A stretch of DNA of 64,000 nt from Macrostomum lignano (taxonomy: Eukaryota), in contig NIVC01001988.1 in assembly GCA_002269645.1 (NCBI GenBank), positions 62,001-126,000 of the forward strand. The letters run 5' to 3'. The position numbers and the translations under genes were made by a program. Each line of letters starts with the position of its first letter. Within the stretch, counting starts at the first letter, position 1. Below, piece by piece: positions 24,028 to 35,460 of the stretch. The notes beneath the pieces are model-generated. The model made no database searches. It was not told where the DNA came from and saw only the letters and a program-made list of their open reading frames with translations.

Positions 24028-24905
24028 GTGATGACTCACTGGAATTCTAATTTTGGCACCTGTATGACTCACTGGATCTCTAATTTTGGCACCTGTATGA
24101 CTCACTGGAATTCTAATTTTGGCACCTGTATGACTCACTGGAATTCTAATTTTGGCACCTGTATGACTCACTGGAATTCTAATTTTGGCACCTGTATGAC
24201 TCACTGGATCTCTAATTTTGGAACCTGTATGACTCACTGGAATTCTCATTTTGGCACCTGTATGACTCACTGAAATTCTAATTTTGGCACCTGTATGACT
24301 CACTGGAATTCTAATTTTGGCACCTGTATGACTCACTGGATCTCTTATTTTGGCACCTGTATGACTCACTGAAATTCTAATTTTGGCACCTGTATGACTC
24401 ACTGGAATTCTAATTTTGGCACCTGTATGACTCACTGGAATTCTAATTTTGGCACCTGTATGACTCACTGAAATTCTAATTTTGGCACCTGTATGACTCA
24501 CTGGAATTCTAATTTTGGCACCTGTATGACTTACTGGAATTCTAATTTTGGCACCTGTATGACTCACTGGAATTCTAATTTTGGCACCTGTATGACTCAC
24601 TGAAATTCTAATTTTGGCACCTGTATGACTCACTGGAATTCTAATTTTGGCACCTGTATGACTCACTGGATCTCTAATTTTGGAACCTGTATGACTCACT
24701 GGAATTCTCATTTTGGCACCTGTATGACTCACTGAAATTCTAATTTTGGCACCTGTATGACTCACTGGAATTCTAATTTTGGCACCTGTATGACTCACTG
24801 GATCTCTAATTTTGGCACCTGTATGACTCACTGGAATTCTCATTTTGACACCTGTATGACTCACTGGAATTCTCATTTTGACACCTGTATGACTCACTGG
24901 AATTC
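24028..24905. repeat. 33-bp minisatellite, about 26 copies, each containing TGACTCA
   Basis: ATGACTCACTGGAATTCTAATTTTGGCACCTGT units just downstream of the RhoGAP stop. Confidence 0.95.
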
Positions 24906-24977
24906 TATACTAACACAATGGCGGCATTTTGAACACAACAGCAGGTGCAGGAAGAATCCAATAAATCCCATAAGCCC

Positions 24978-25307
24978 CTAAGCCTCGACACGGCTCAAAT
25001 CGAAGAGATAGTCCGCCTCCAGGATGAGGTACTCAACCACGCCGGTCTGCAGCGCCAAATCCGTGGCCAAATTGGCGGCCTTGGCGGCAACGCTGGCAGA
25101 CCCGGCCGGCCACAGCAGGTTCGGCCCAATGACCAGTGCCAGGTTCCTGGCGGACATCTGGTTCACGGCGCTGTGGTGCACCACCCGGGACAGGTGGCCG
25201 AACACCAGGCGGAGGGTGGGCAGGCCGGGCGCCACCTGCAGCTCCTGCCACACAGCGGCCCGCCGCATGCTGGGCTTGGCGCCGGACATGTGGTGGCGGG
25301 CGATGGC
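24978..25307 (-). CDS. PH-RhoGAP exon 4 (GAP C-terminal half)
   Basis: PTLRLVFGHLSRVVHHSAVNQMSARNLALVIGPNLLWP, the RhoGAP signature. ACTCAG|GCC acceptor, stop TAG at 24978. Confidence 0.9.
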   Translation of the reverse strand, partial: AIARHHMSGAKPSMRRAAVWQELQVAPGLPTLRLVFGHLSRVVHHSAVNQMSARNLALVIGPNLLWPAGSASVAAKAANLATDLALQTGVVEYLILEADYLFDLSRVEA

Positions 25308-25410
25308 CTGAGTGGGGGGAGGGTGGATAATCGTTACTTACTACTAAGCCACTACTGATAAGTAGTACAAAGTGCGGAATGAGAAATTTACATATTTAAT
25401 ATTAATCACT

Positions 25411-26245
25411 TCAAAGAATACTTCGGAAGTGGTATATAAGACAATCTGAAGCACCGGAAGTGGTATATAAGACAATCTGAAGCACCGGAAGTGGCATATA
25501 AGACAAAAATCTGAAGCACCGGAAGTGGTATATAAGACAATCTGAAGCACCGGAAGTGGTATATAAGACAATCTGAAGCACCGGAAGTGGGATATAAGAC
25601 AATCTGAAGCACCGGAAGTGGGATATAAGACAACAATCTGAAGCATCGGAAGTGGGATATAAGACAACAATCTGAAGCACCGGAAGTGGTATATAAGACA
25701 ATCTGAAGCACCGGAAGTGGGATATAAGACAATCTGAAGCACCGGAAGTGGGATATAAGACAACAATCTGAAGCATCGGAAGTGGCATATAAGACAACAA
25801 TCTGAAGCATCGGAAGTGGGATATAAGACAAAAATCTGAAGCACCGGAAGTGGTATATAAGACAATCTGAAGCACCGGAAGTGGCATATAAGACAAAAAT
25901 CTGAAGCACCGGAAGTGGTATATAAGACAATCTGAAGCACCGGAAGTGGTATATAAGACAATCTGAAGCACCGGAAGTGGGATATAAGACAATCTGAAGC
26001 ACCGGAAGTGGTATATAAGACAATCTGAAGAACCGGAAGTGGGATACAAGAGAATATGAAGCACCGGAAGTGGTATATAAGACCATATGAAGCACCGGAA
26101 GTGATATGACAACCTGAAGCACCGGAAGTGGGATATAAGACCATATGAAGCACCGGAAGTGATATGACAACCTGAAGCACCGGGTGATATGACAACCTGA
26201 AGCACCGGAAGTGGGATATAAGACAATCTGAAGCGCCAGAAGTGC
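25411..26245. repeat. 31-34-bp minisatellite containing CCGGAAGTG, filling RhoGAP intron 3
   Basis: GCACCGGAAGTGGTATATAAGACAATCTGAA units. Confidence 0.95.
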
Positions 26246-26266
26246 TAAAAGACCAATTCAGCACAC

Positions 26267-26554
26267 CTGAAACAGGTCTGGCGCCAGCAGTGGCTGCTTC
26301 AACTCGCGCAGAAAAGTTTTCAAAGCCGAGGCCAACACGTTGATGTCCCAGCAGGCCTGGTTCAAATCGTAGTCTGCGGTCTGGTCAACCAGCAGGCGGA
26401 GCCGCTGGACGGTGGCCGCGTTGCCGCCGATGCGGTAGAGGCCGACCGTTTCCAGGCCGCCGCTGGCCTCCAGGGCGGCGATGCAACGGCGAAGAAACAG
26501 CGGCGTGTCTGCGCCGTCCCTGGCGCAGACGTCGGTCAAGGAGGCGCCGAACAC
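26267..26554 (-). CDS. PH-RhoGAP exon 3 (GAP N-terminal half with arginine finger)
   Basis: VFGASLTDVC...PLFLRRCI...GLYRIGGNAATVQRLR...DINVLASALKTFLRELKQPL. 288 nt, phase 0. Confidence 0.92.
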
Positions 26555-26714
26555 CTGCAGTGTGGGGATTTTTTGGGGTTTACGAGAGAATTCAATAAGG
26601 GATTAAGTAGGCTTCACAAAATTTCTACCTTTTTCCTAATTGCACATTCACAAAACCCATCTGCACATTCACGGGTTTTCAATAGACATGAGCAAGTGAA
26701 TCTCTAATAAAAAT

Positions 26715-27915
26715 CTACGGGTTTTTCCCTAGCCATTCACGGGTCTAGCCTAGCCATTCACGGGTCTTTCCTAGCCATTCACGGGTCCTCTCTAGCCATT
26801 CACGGGTCCTCTCTAGCCATTCAGGGTCTTCCCAAGCTATTCACGGATCTTCCTTAACCATTCACGGGTCCTCTCTAGCCATTCACGGGTCCTCTCTAGC
26901 CATTCACGGGTCCTCTCTAGCCATTCAGGGTCTTCCCAAGCTATTCACGGATCTTCTTTAACCATTCACGGGTCTACCCTAGCCATTCACGGGTTTTCTC
27001 TAGTCATTCACGGGTCCTCTCTAGCCATTCACGGGTCCTCTCTAGTCATTCAGGGTCTTCCCAAGCTATTCATGGATCTTCCTTAACCATTCACGGGTCT
27101 ACCATAGCCATTCACGGGTCTATCTTAGCCATTCACGGGTCCTCTCTAGCCATTCACGGGTCCTCTCTAGCCATTCAGGGTCTTCCCAAGCTATTCACGG
27201 ATCTTCCTTAACCATTCACGGGTCCTCTCTAGCCATTCACGGGTCCTCTCTAGCCATTCACGGGTCCTCTCTAGCCATTCAGGGTCTTCCCAAGCTATTC
27301 ACGGATCTTCTTTAACCATTCACGGGTCTACCCTAGCCATTCACGGGTTTTCTCTAGTCATTCACGGGTCCTCTCTAGCCATTCACGGGTCCTCTCTAGT
27401 CATTCAGGGTCTTCCCAAGCTATTCATGGATCTTCCTTAACCATTCACGGGTCTACCATAGCCATTCACGGGTCTATCTTAGCCATTCACGGGTCTTCCC
27501 AAGCTATTCACGGATCTTCTTTAACCATTCACGGGTCTACCCTAGCCATTCACGGGTCTTCTCTAGTCATTCACGGGTCCTCTCTAGCCATTCACGGGTC
27601 CTCTCTAGTCATTCAGGGTCTTCCCAAGCTATTCATGGATCTTCCTTAACCATTCACGGGTCTACCATAGCCATTCACGGGTCTATCTTAGCCATTCACG
27701 GGTCTTCCCAAGCTATTCACGGATCTTCCTTAACCATTCACGGGTCTACTATAGCCATTCACGGGTCTACCCTAGCCATTCACGGGTCCACCCTAGCCAT
27801 CGGGCTTTTTGTAGCCATTCACGGGTCTTCCGTAACCATTCACGGGTCTTCAGCAAATATTCACAGGTGGTCACTAAACATTCACCTATCTATACTCAAC
27901 ATTCACGGGTCTTCA
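26715..27915. repeat. 21-bp minisatellite with higher-order blocks filling RhoGAP intron 2
   Basis: TAGCCATTCACGGGTCCTCTC-type units; the first degenerate unit overlaps the exon 2 donor. Confidence 0.93.
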
Positions 27916-27916
27916 C

Positions 27917-28612
27917 CGGTTCGCTCCGCACGATGCCGCGCCGTTCCAATTCATCGATGGCCGGCCGTCGGCGAAAGAAATCGTTGAGCCGCTGAACGAT
28001 GGTGTGCTTGGCAGGCTGGACAGCCTGAGGCTGCGGCTGCTGTGGCCGCTCGGTGAACTGCCTGTTGATCAGCAGATCCTTGGCCAGCGTGAGCGCGGCA
28101 ATCCAGGCGCGTCTCAACTCCGGCGTCTCCCACTGAATGTGGCACTCGAACTGCTTCTGTTGCTGTTTCGACCCGGCGTCGTCGTCTGGGCTCGGCTCGT
28201 GGCAGCGAAGGTGCAGGGTTCGATCGCTGCCAGGCACGGCCAGCCAGGTGGTGCGGGCCAGGCTCAGGATGACCTCAGGCGGCGGCCGGCGCCTATCGAT
28301 AGTGCCGCCGCTGCCGCGGTACAGCAGAAGGTCCGGCCCGGTCAGCACCAGCCTGTAAGACTTCAGGCGGCCGGGTTTCAATTTGGGAGCCGAGGACGAC
28401 GAAGCGGACGATTTGAGGACGGCCACGCGGGCCGGGCCCTCCTTGCGAGTCTCCAGCAGGCGGACAGTCGGGCTGGAGATCTCAAGGCGGCGCGGGAGGC
28501 TCTGAGCCGCTCCCGGCTCCGGCGGCGGCGGCAGAAGCAGCTGAGGCAAGGAAGCGGCCGACTCCACGAATACGGGGTTGTCGAGGCAGCTCGGCGACTG
28601 GGGTGGACTTTC
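27917..28612 (-). CDS. PH-RhoGAP exon 2 (PH domain and pre-GAP helix), ARHGAP9/12/15/27 family
   Basis: PH-like KSYRLVLTGPDLLLY...ETPELRRAWIAAL, then QRLNDFFRRRPAIDELERRGIV, matching the ARHGAP12/15 motif RLKKFITRRPSLKTLQEKGLI. 696 nt, phase 0. Confidence 0.85.
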
Positions 28613-28629
28613 CTGAAGCTGTGTGGAGG

Positions 28630-29130
28630 GGGAAGCAGTCAGACACGCACATGGTGTACACCGCGCGGGAGCAAGCAGTCAGACACACGTGGTGTACACC
28701 GCGTGGGAGCAAGCAGTCAGACACACATGGTGTACACCGGGCGGGAGCAAGCAGTCAGACACGCACATGGTGTACACCGCGCGGGAGCAAGCAGTCAGAC
28801 ACACGTGGTGTACACCGCGTGGGAGCAAGCAGTCAGACACACACATGGTGTACACCGCGCGGGAGCAAGCAGTCAGACACACATGGTGTACACCGCGCGG
28901 GAGCAAGCAGTCAGATATACACATGGTGTACACCGGGCGGGAGCAAGCAGTCAGACATACACATGGTGTACACCGGGCGGGAGCAAGCAGTCAGACACAC
29001 ATGGTGTACACCGGGCGGGAGCAAGCAGTCAGACATACACATGGTGTACACCGGGCGGGAGCAAGCAGTCAAACACACATGGTGTACACCGGGCGGGAGC
29101 AAGCAGTCAGACACACATGGTGTACACCGG
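28630..29130. repeat. 37-39-bp minisatellite at the 3' end of RhoGAP intron 1
   Basis: GTGTACACCG(C/G)GCGGGAGCAAGCAGTCAGACAC(AC)ATG units. Confidence 0.94.
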
Positions 29131-29294
29131 CCCCGACTTTTCTCATTGTCAGGCCAGAGCACACGTCTTTGTGCATTGAATTTGTCCGTGCGAGGAATCG
29201 AAACCTCGGTATCTGTGATCAGAAACAACCTACTACTCGGGACTGGGTCGATGTCCGATATGTATCGAAAGCAATTGTAATTTGTTGGATGGTT

Positions 29295-29630
29295 AGATTA
29301 AGGGGTTTTTTGTGGGATGGTTAGATTCGGGGGTATTTTTGCGGGATGGTTAGTTTCAGGGGTATTTTTGTGGGATGGTTAGATTCAGGGGTATTTTGTG
29401 GGATGGTTAGATTCAGGGGTATTTTGTGGGATATTTAGATTCAGTGGTATTTTTTATAGGATGGTTAGATTTAGGGGTATTTTTGGGGGATGGTTAGATT
29501 CAGGGGTATTTTTGTGGGAGGGTTAGATTCAGGGGTATTTTTGTGGAATGGTTAGATTCAGGGGTATTTTTGTGAGATGTTTAGATTCAGGGGTATTCTG
29601 TGGAATGGTTAGATTCGAGGGTACTTTTGG
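29295..29630. repeat. About 29-30-bp minisatellite in RhoGAP intron 1
   Basis: GATGGTTAGATTCAGGGGTATTTTTGTGG units. Confidence 0.9.
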
Positions 29631-29723
29631 AGGATGGTTAGAATTGGGGGTACTGTTTGTGACATGGTGGCTCATTGTGCTTTAGTAAAAAAACAAGTCA
29701 TTTAAAGTTCACCAAGAACTCAC

Positions 29724-30101
29724 AGTCGGACTGACAGAGGGCAGTTTCTGCTGCCGACTGTCACTGGCGTGAGTCTGCAGGGAGGATTGAAGAAAACTTT
29801 TATTACCCCCGCCGCTGCCGCTGCCCAGACTCAGGCGGAACATCACCGACCTTCTGTTTGGCAGCAAATTCACCATAGCCATATCATCAATGTCTCCCGT
29901 ATCCACCTGACTGGCACTGGTTGCCATGGGGACAGCGGGGCAGGAATCATCGAGACCGCCTTCTTCGGAGCTGGCCCCACAGTCGGCACCCTCGACGTCT
30001 GGATCGTCGGGCGTGGAGGCGTCAGCGCACTGGCAGAACGGCTCCTTGTCCAGATCCTCCGCTGACATGACTGTGAGCTCAGTCTGGACATCAATTTCCA
30101 T
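29724..30101 (-). CDS. PH-RhoGAP putative exon 1 (acidic low-complexity N-terminus)
   Basis: ATG-initiated 126-codon frame ending at the strong donor ACT|GTGAGT, phase 0 and compatible with exon 2. No domain match, so the assignment is positional. Confidence 0.6.
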
Positions 30102-30754
30102 AATTTTATTCTTTAAACCTTATCAACCAGTTCAATCACGGATCAGCAGATCCCTGCTACACAGATCACTTCACACTTTTCTAGAAGTTTAACATAAGGA
30201 GCATATGGATTTCAATCGACAAAAGTACAGAAGTACAAGATTAAGATGGTTTTAGTCAAATTATGAGATTACAATGACTTTTTCCTTAACTGTGGACTAC
30301 CAACACATCAACTTTAATAGTGGAATCCTAGGTTTGGATCCACAGATACCAATTGGATATGCTGTTGATTTTTTCTAAGCTTGAAAAGAATTAATTTGAA
30401 CTCTATGAGTATATTATTTAAATGCATATTGTTTGAAATATCAATAATTTCCAAATTATCAAGGGTCAATGCTAGTCAACAATCAGCCAGAGCCAAAGGT
30501 CCCATTTCCCTAATGACAAAGCTTGGCTACATACTATCTACATACTATATACTATCTCTAAAGCATTCGATCCATCTGTAAATAGCAGTTTTTTCAGGCT
30601 GTTCTCACCGTGGATGGAGAATAAGTGGTCAGAAATCTTGGCTCCACTCCATCCTACTGACGACCAAAGGGCAAAAAATTGACTTTGCTGACTTTCAAGG
30701 CTCTAAAGAGAACTCATTTTCGCAAAGAAATTTCAAGTTGAAGGCAAGCACTTG

Positions 30755-30936
30755 CAGTAGCGCAACTAGAAATTTTTCAAGGGGGGGGTGGATTCTGAGG
30801 GTAAAGTCCCGGAAGGGGGGGGGGCGGCAGAGGGGTGGCTCTGTTTTTGGCGAAAATTCGCTTGGTCCCCCCTTTGATTTTTTTTGGTCCCCCGCCTAAG
30901 GGGGGGGGCGACTGCCCCCCCCTGGTTGTGCCATTG
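30755..30936. mobile_element. hAT-type MITE
   Basis: Imperfect TIRs CAGTAGCGCAACTAG and CTGGTTGTGCCATTG (11/15), flanked by AGCACTTG (30747-30754) and AGCACTTA (30937-30944), an 8-bp TSD with 1 mismatch. Internal G/C runs. Confidence 0.65.
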
Positions 30937-32022
30937 AGCACTTAGTACAAATTATCTGCGCTCGCGCAAAAGCTCAGATTAGCTTTATGAGAAATTCTGC
31001 TTTTTTCCATAGACACTACCACATCTTTCTGACATGTCAATAGCACAAATTCAAAATAAAAATATCCAAAAATGGAGCTGAAAAATTATTTTCATTGATA
31101 TGTGAGGTTGTGTAACACTACCCCTGACCTTTGCACACATTTCTTGCTATAGCTCCTGAATAAAAAAAGATACCAACATGATTTTAACTTTGTTTTCTTT
31201 GTGACAAAATTTCCTTTCATTTGACACCATTGGAGTGAAATTTCATGGCTCCATTGAACAGCTATGTTAGACATTCCGAGAACTTTTGGGACACCCTTTG
31301 TAGTAATGTTACCTAGCAAAAGCTGTTGGATCTGGGCTAGAAACTGCTACACATATTATATAACCCTTATCTATTTATAGACTGACATCTATTTTGAGTA
31401 AAATACTATCATTTTGACTTTAAAAAAAGTTATAAGACTATAAGAAGATAGAGACTTACATTATAGGTTTATAGGGAGAGTTCCTATAGGGATAGCATTC
31501 AAAGCCTACCCTTTTATTGTCAAAGGATAATCAATTTCAATGGCAATTACTTTATAAATATTCCAATTTTATTCTTCTAAAAACATTCTTTAACCAATTA
31601 TAGCCAAAACAGATCAAACACTTTCCTAATTACTCAATACAATGGTAGCAAAGTTATCAAATAGATAAAAAAACCTGTATCAGTAATTCCACATGTTCTT
31701 AGTTCTACTAGTATGCTTAAAATGATAGGTCTTACTAAAAAATTAATATTGGCTATAATAAAGTTTTATAGTTTGTGGGAATTTTGGGGAAATATAAATT
31801 TTTCCTTTTTTTTTTTTTTTTATTTTTTGAATTTTAGAATGAGAGTTGCTCCCCTTTTAGATAAAGACAAAAAATGAAAAGGGAGACCAAGCAAATTTTA
31901 GACAAAAACAGAGCCATCCCTTCATCTCCCTCCTAGGTCTTTACCTTTCAGAATCAGAAGTGCTTATCCCTATGGTCCTATGCTGATAATTCTAATTTTA
32001 TCCACACAGATCTATGTCAATA

Positions 32023-35000
32023 AGGCCCATTCTATATAAGATGGACATATTTGGAAAATAGAAAAAAAGCAATCTACGCCCCCCGTTGGGAAGCCAAAGA
32101 AATGCAATACACGTTTTTTTTTAATAAGCTACATGTATCCTTGAAATCTTAAAAAATCTCCTGTCAAACCTTGTAAGCCTTGACACGTCAGTAATTCCCC
32201 CCCACAAGCTTTAACATATCAACTCCCCCCTTGACATCTCAGAAATGCCCCCAATAAGCCTTGGAAATCTAAAAATATCTGTCAACCTTCTAACCCTAAC
32301 CCTAGCCTAACCTTAACCCTAACCCTAACCCTAACCTAACCCTAAAGCATTGAAATTTCAGTAATAATTCTCTCTAAGAGTCATTATAGCACTACTACAG
32401 CATTATTGCGATTCCCTGCAAGCCTCGACATCGTAGGGATTCCCAAATGAATCTCTTAAGTTCGACATGAAGCTTCTTTTATTTTTTACATTATGCTTTT
32501 TTTAATCAGCGATCTCTTCCCTGAGGAGGTATCAAATAATGTAATAAAAATTTTTCAATAAACTACATGTAGCTTCTGACTTTAGCCTTAAAATCTCATT
32601 TATACCCCCGTGAGCCTTGACATCTCAGCTATTCCCCCCGTAAGCCTTAACATGTCAGCGATGGCCCCCATAAACCTTGAAATCTAAAAAATCCTCTGTT
32701 ATTCTGTTAACCTTGAAACCCGATAAAATATAACCCTCAACCCACACCTGACCTAAACCTAACTTTAACCCAACCTAAAGCCTTGAAATCTCAGCAATTC
32801 TTCTCCCCTAAGCCTTGACATTTTAGTGATTCCTTCTTTAAGAATCACAGCACTATAACGATTTCCACCAAGCTTTGACCTCGTAGCAATTCCCAAATGA
32901 ATCTTTTAACTTTGACATGACTTTTCTTTTATGTACACATAGTGCTACTTTTATTTTTTACATGACTCTTCTTCTATCAGTGCCCCCCGTGGTGAGCCAA
33001 CAAAGAATGCAATAAAAAAATTGAGTAAAGTACATGAACTTTGAAGTAGCTTCTGACTTTTGCTTTGACATCACAGAAACCCCCACATAATCTCAGTTAT
33101 TCTCTGAGAGCCTTGACGTCTCAGTTTTTCTCCCCAGCACAGCATTATAGCTGCATTTATTTTTTACATGACACCCTTCATGTCTGACATGATGCTTCTT
33201 TTATTCTACCATGATGCTTCTTAATTTTTTAAATGACACTTTCATTAGTTTTTAAATAAGGCTTCTATGATTTTTTACATGACGCTTCTATGATTTTTAT
33301 ATGATGCTTCTATGATTGTTTACATGATGCTTCTATGATTGTTTACATGACGCTTCTATGATTTTTTACATGACGCTTCTATGATTTTTTATATGACGCT
33401 TCTATGATTCTTTACATGAGGCTTCTATGATTGTTTACATGACGCTTCTATGATTGTTTACATGACGCTTCTATGATTGTTTACATGACGCTTCTATGAT
33501 ATTTTACATGACGCTTCTACAATTTTTTACATGACGCTTCTATGATTTTTTACATGACGTTTCTTTGATTGTTTACATGACGCTTCTATGATTTTTTACA
33601 TTGCATTTCTATGATTTTTTACATGACGCTTCTATGATTGTTTACATGATGCTTCTATGATTGTTTACATGACACTTCTATGATTGTTTACATGACGCTT
33701 CTATGATTGTTTACATGACGCTTCTATGATTGTTTACATGACGCTTCTATGATTTTTTATATGACGCTTCTATGATTGTTTACATGATGCTTCTATGATT
33801 GTTTACATGATGCTTCTATGATTTTTTACATTGCATTTCTATGATTTTTTACATGACGCTTCTATGATTGTTTACATGACGCTTCTATGATTGTTTACAT
33901 GACGCTTCTATGATTGTTTACATGACGCTTGTATGATTGTTTACATGACGCTTGTATGATTTTTATATGACACTTCTATGATTGTTTACATGACGCTTCT
34001 ATGATTGTTTATATGACGCTTCTATGATATTTTACATGACGCATCTATGATTTTTATATGACGCTACTATGATTTTTTATATGACGCTTCTATGATTTTT
34101 ACATGATGCTTCTTTTTAAAAAGTCTTTTAGTTTTCCTGATGTTGAAAAGCTTTAATTAAAAAAATTATACTCTATGAAAATTTGAACCATTGTCGCTGC
34201 ATTTAGCAGTTCAGTTTGTTCACCTCTAGGCTAGCTCTCATCGTTTTGATAACATCAAATTTTGCACTTATATAATTCAACACTTGAAAATCAAACATAG
34301 AGTAAATCACACGAAGCAGTTATGACAATCAGTTTCTCAGTCAGTCAGTATCAGTTAACAATATGGTTACGCAATTTAAATCAGGTCTGGTGCTATGTTT
34401 CCACACTGCATTTTCAATTTAAGTCAGAGTTACAATTCAGTTATGATGCAATCTATTTCAGAATCAGAATTCAACCAGTCAGTTTTTTTTCTAGAATTCT
34501 TACAATGCATTTCAAGTCGAAAAGTTTGCTTGACCTTTGCAAAAAAGCATGTTTTTCGAATATTTAATCCCTTTAGCATCGAGCAATTTCTTAGCCACAA
34601 TGCATGTATAGTCACGGGAAAATTTCTGATCAAACAGTGCTAGTTTGAACAAAATCAGTCTAGCCATTTTTTCTCCAAATCGATCACATAGACACAGACA
34701 GACCATTTTTAGTATATAGGAAGTCAATATTTTGCTTGTCATTGCCTTATCAGCCAATTTTTTTACCAAATCTTTTTTATATGTAATGTATACAATCTAA
34801 GAATAAATAAATGATAAAATTTTGGATTAGTATGTTATCAGTTGGCAAAAAGTTATTTTTGTAAAAATGGACATTTTCTAAGCAAAAGACATCATTAAGT
34901 TTATGTACCTTTTAAAAACAAATAGAAAGCTACAGAAGGTTAAAACAAACATATATAAAATTATAGTACTTGCATTATCAGATAAAAACATTAGCAACCA

Positions 35001-35460
35001 TATAATCTAGTATATTTTTTAATATATTAGTACCTCAAAGTTACTGAATTGATAGAAAAAAATATGTTACAACCAATGTTACAACCATAAGGCTGCCTTT
35101 TCTTTTGTATCTTTGCTGCCTTTTTGAGTTTATATATTCTAATAAAAGAGTATGATTTCTAAAGATGTTCTTAGTCAAATTTTAAAAATGTATTGCAAAA
35201 TATCATAAATGAAAAATGTTATAAGACTTTTACCTTTTAGTTTCTATACCTCAAAAATCCTGTCGTTACAACCATAAGTGTCATTTAAGGGTTAAAAGCA
35301 TCTATACTAATGATGATATCTGACTTTATAAACATATTCTTGACAAAATAATCTTTTATTCAAAATATTGGTTTAGTATATTCTATAAAATGAAGGTAGA
35401 TTTCATTTTATAAGTAAAAATAGTCTGTCATGTTACGACCATAATTATATGGAATGGCCT
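32023..35460. mobile_element. Decayed DNA-transposon-like insertion nested in the foldback arm
   Basis: Ends AGGCCCATTCTATATAA and TTATATGGAATGGCCT are imperfect TIRs. Removing the segment restores GTCAATAATTTC, as in the opposite arm. It contains about 450-bp degenerate direct repeats, (TAACCC)n tracts, a 23-bp array and a stop-ridden Cys/His stretch near 34380-34500. Confidence 0.45.
33235..34110. repeat. 23-bp minisatellite ATGACGCTTCTATGATTGTTTAC
   Basis: Direct tandem units. Confidence 0.95.

Noticed and set aside
32288-32345. Telomere (TAACCC)n
   Set aside because: A short, degenerate, interstitial tract that recurs in the duplicated module near 32730-32780, so it is part of a repeat element.
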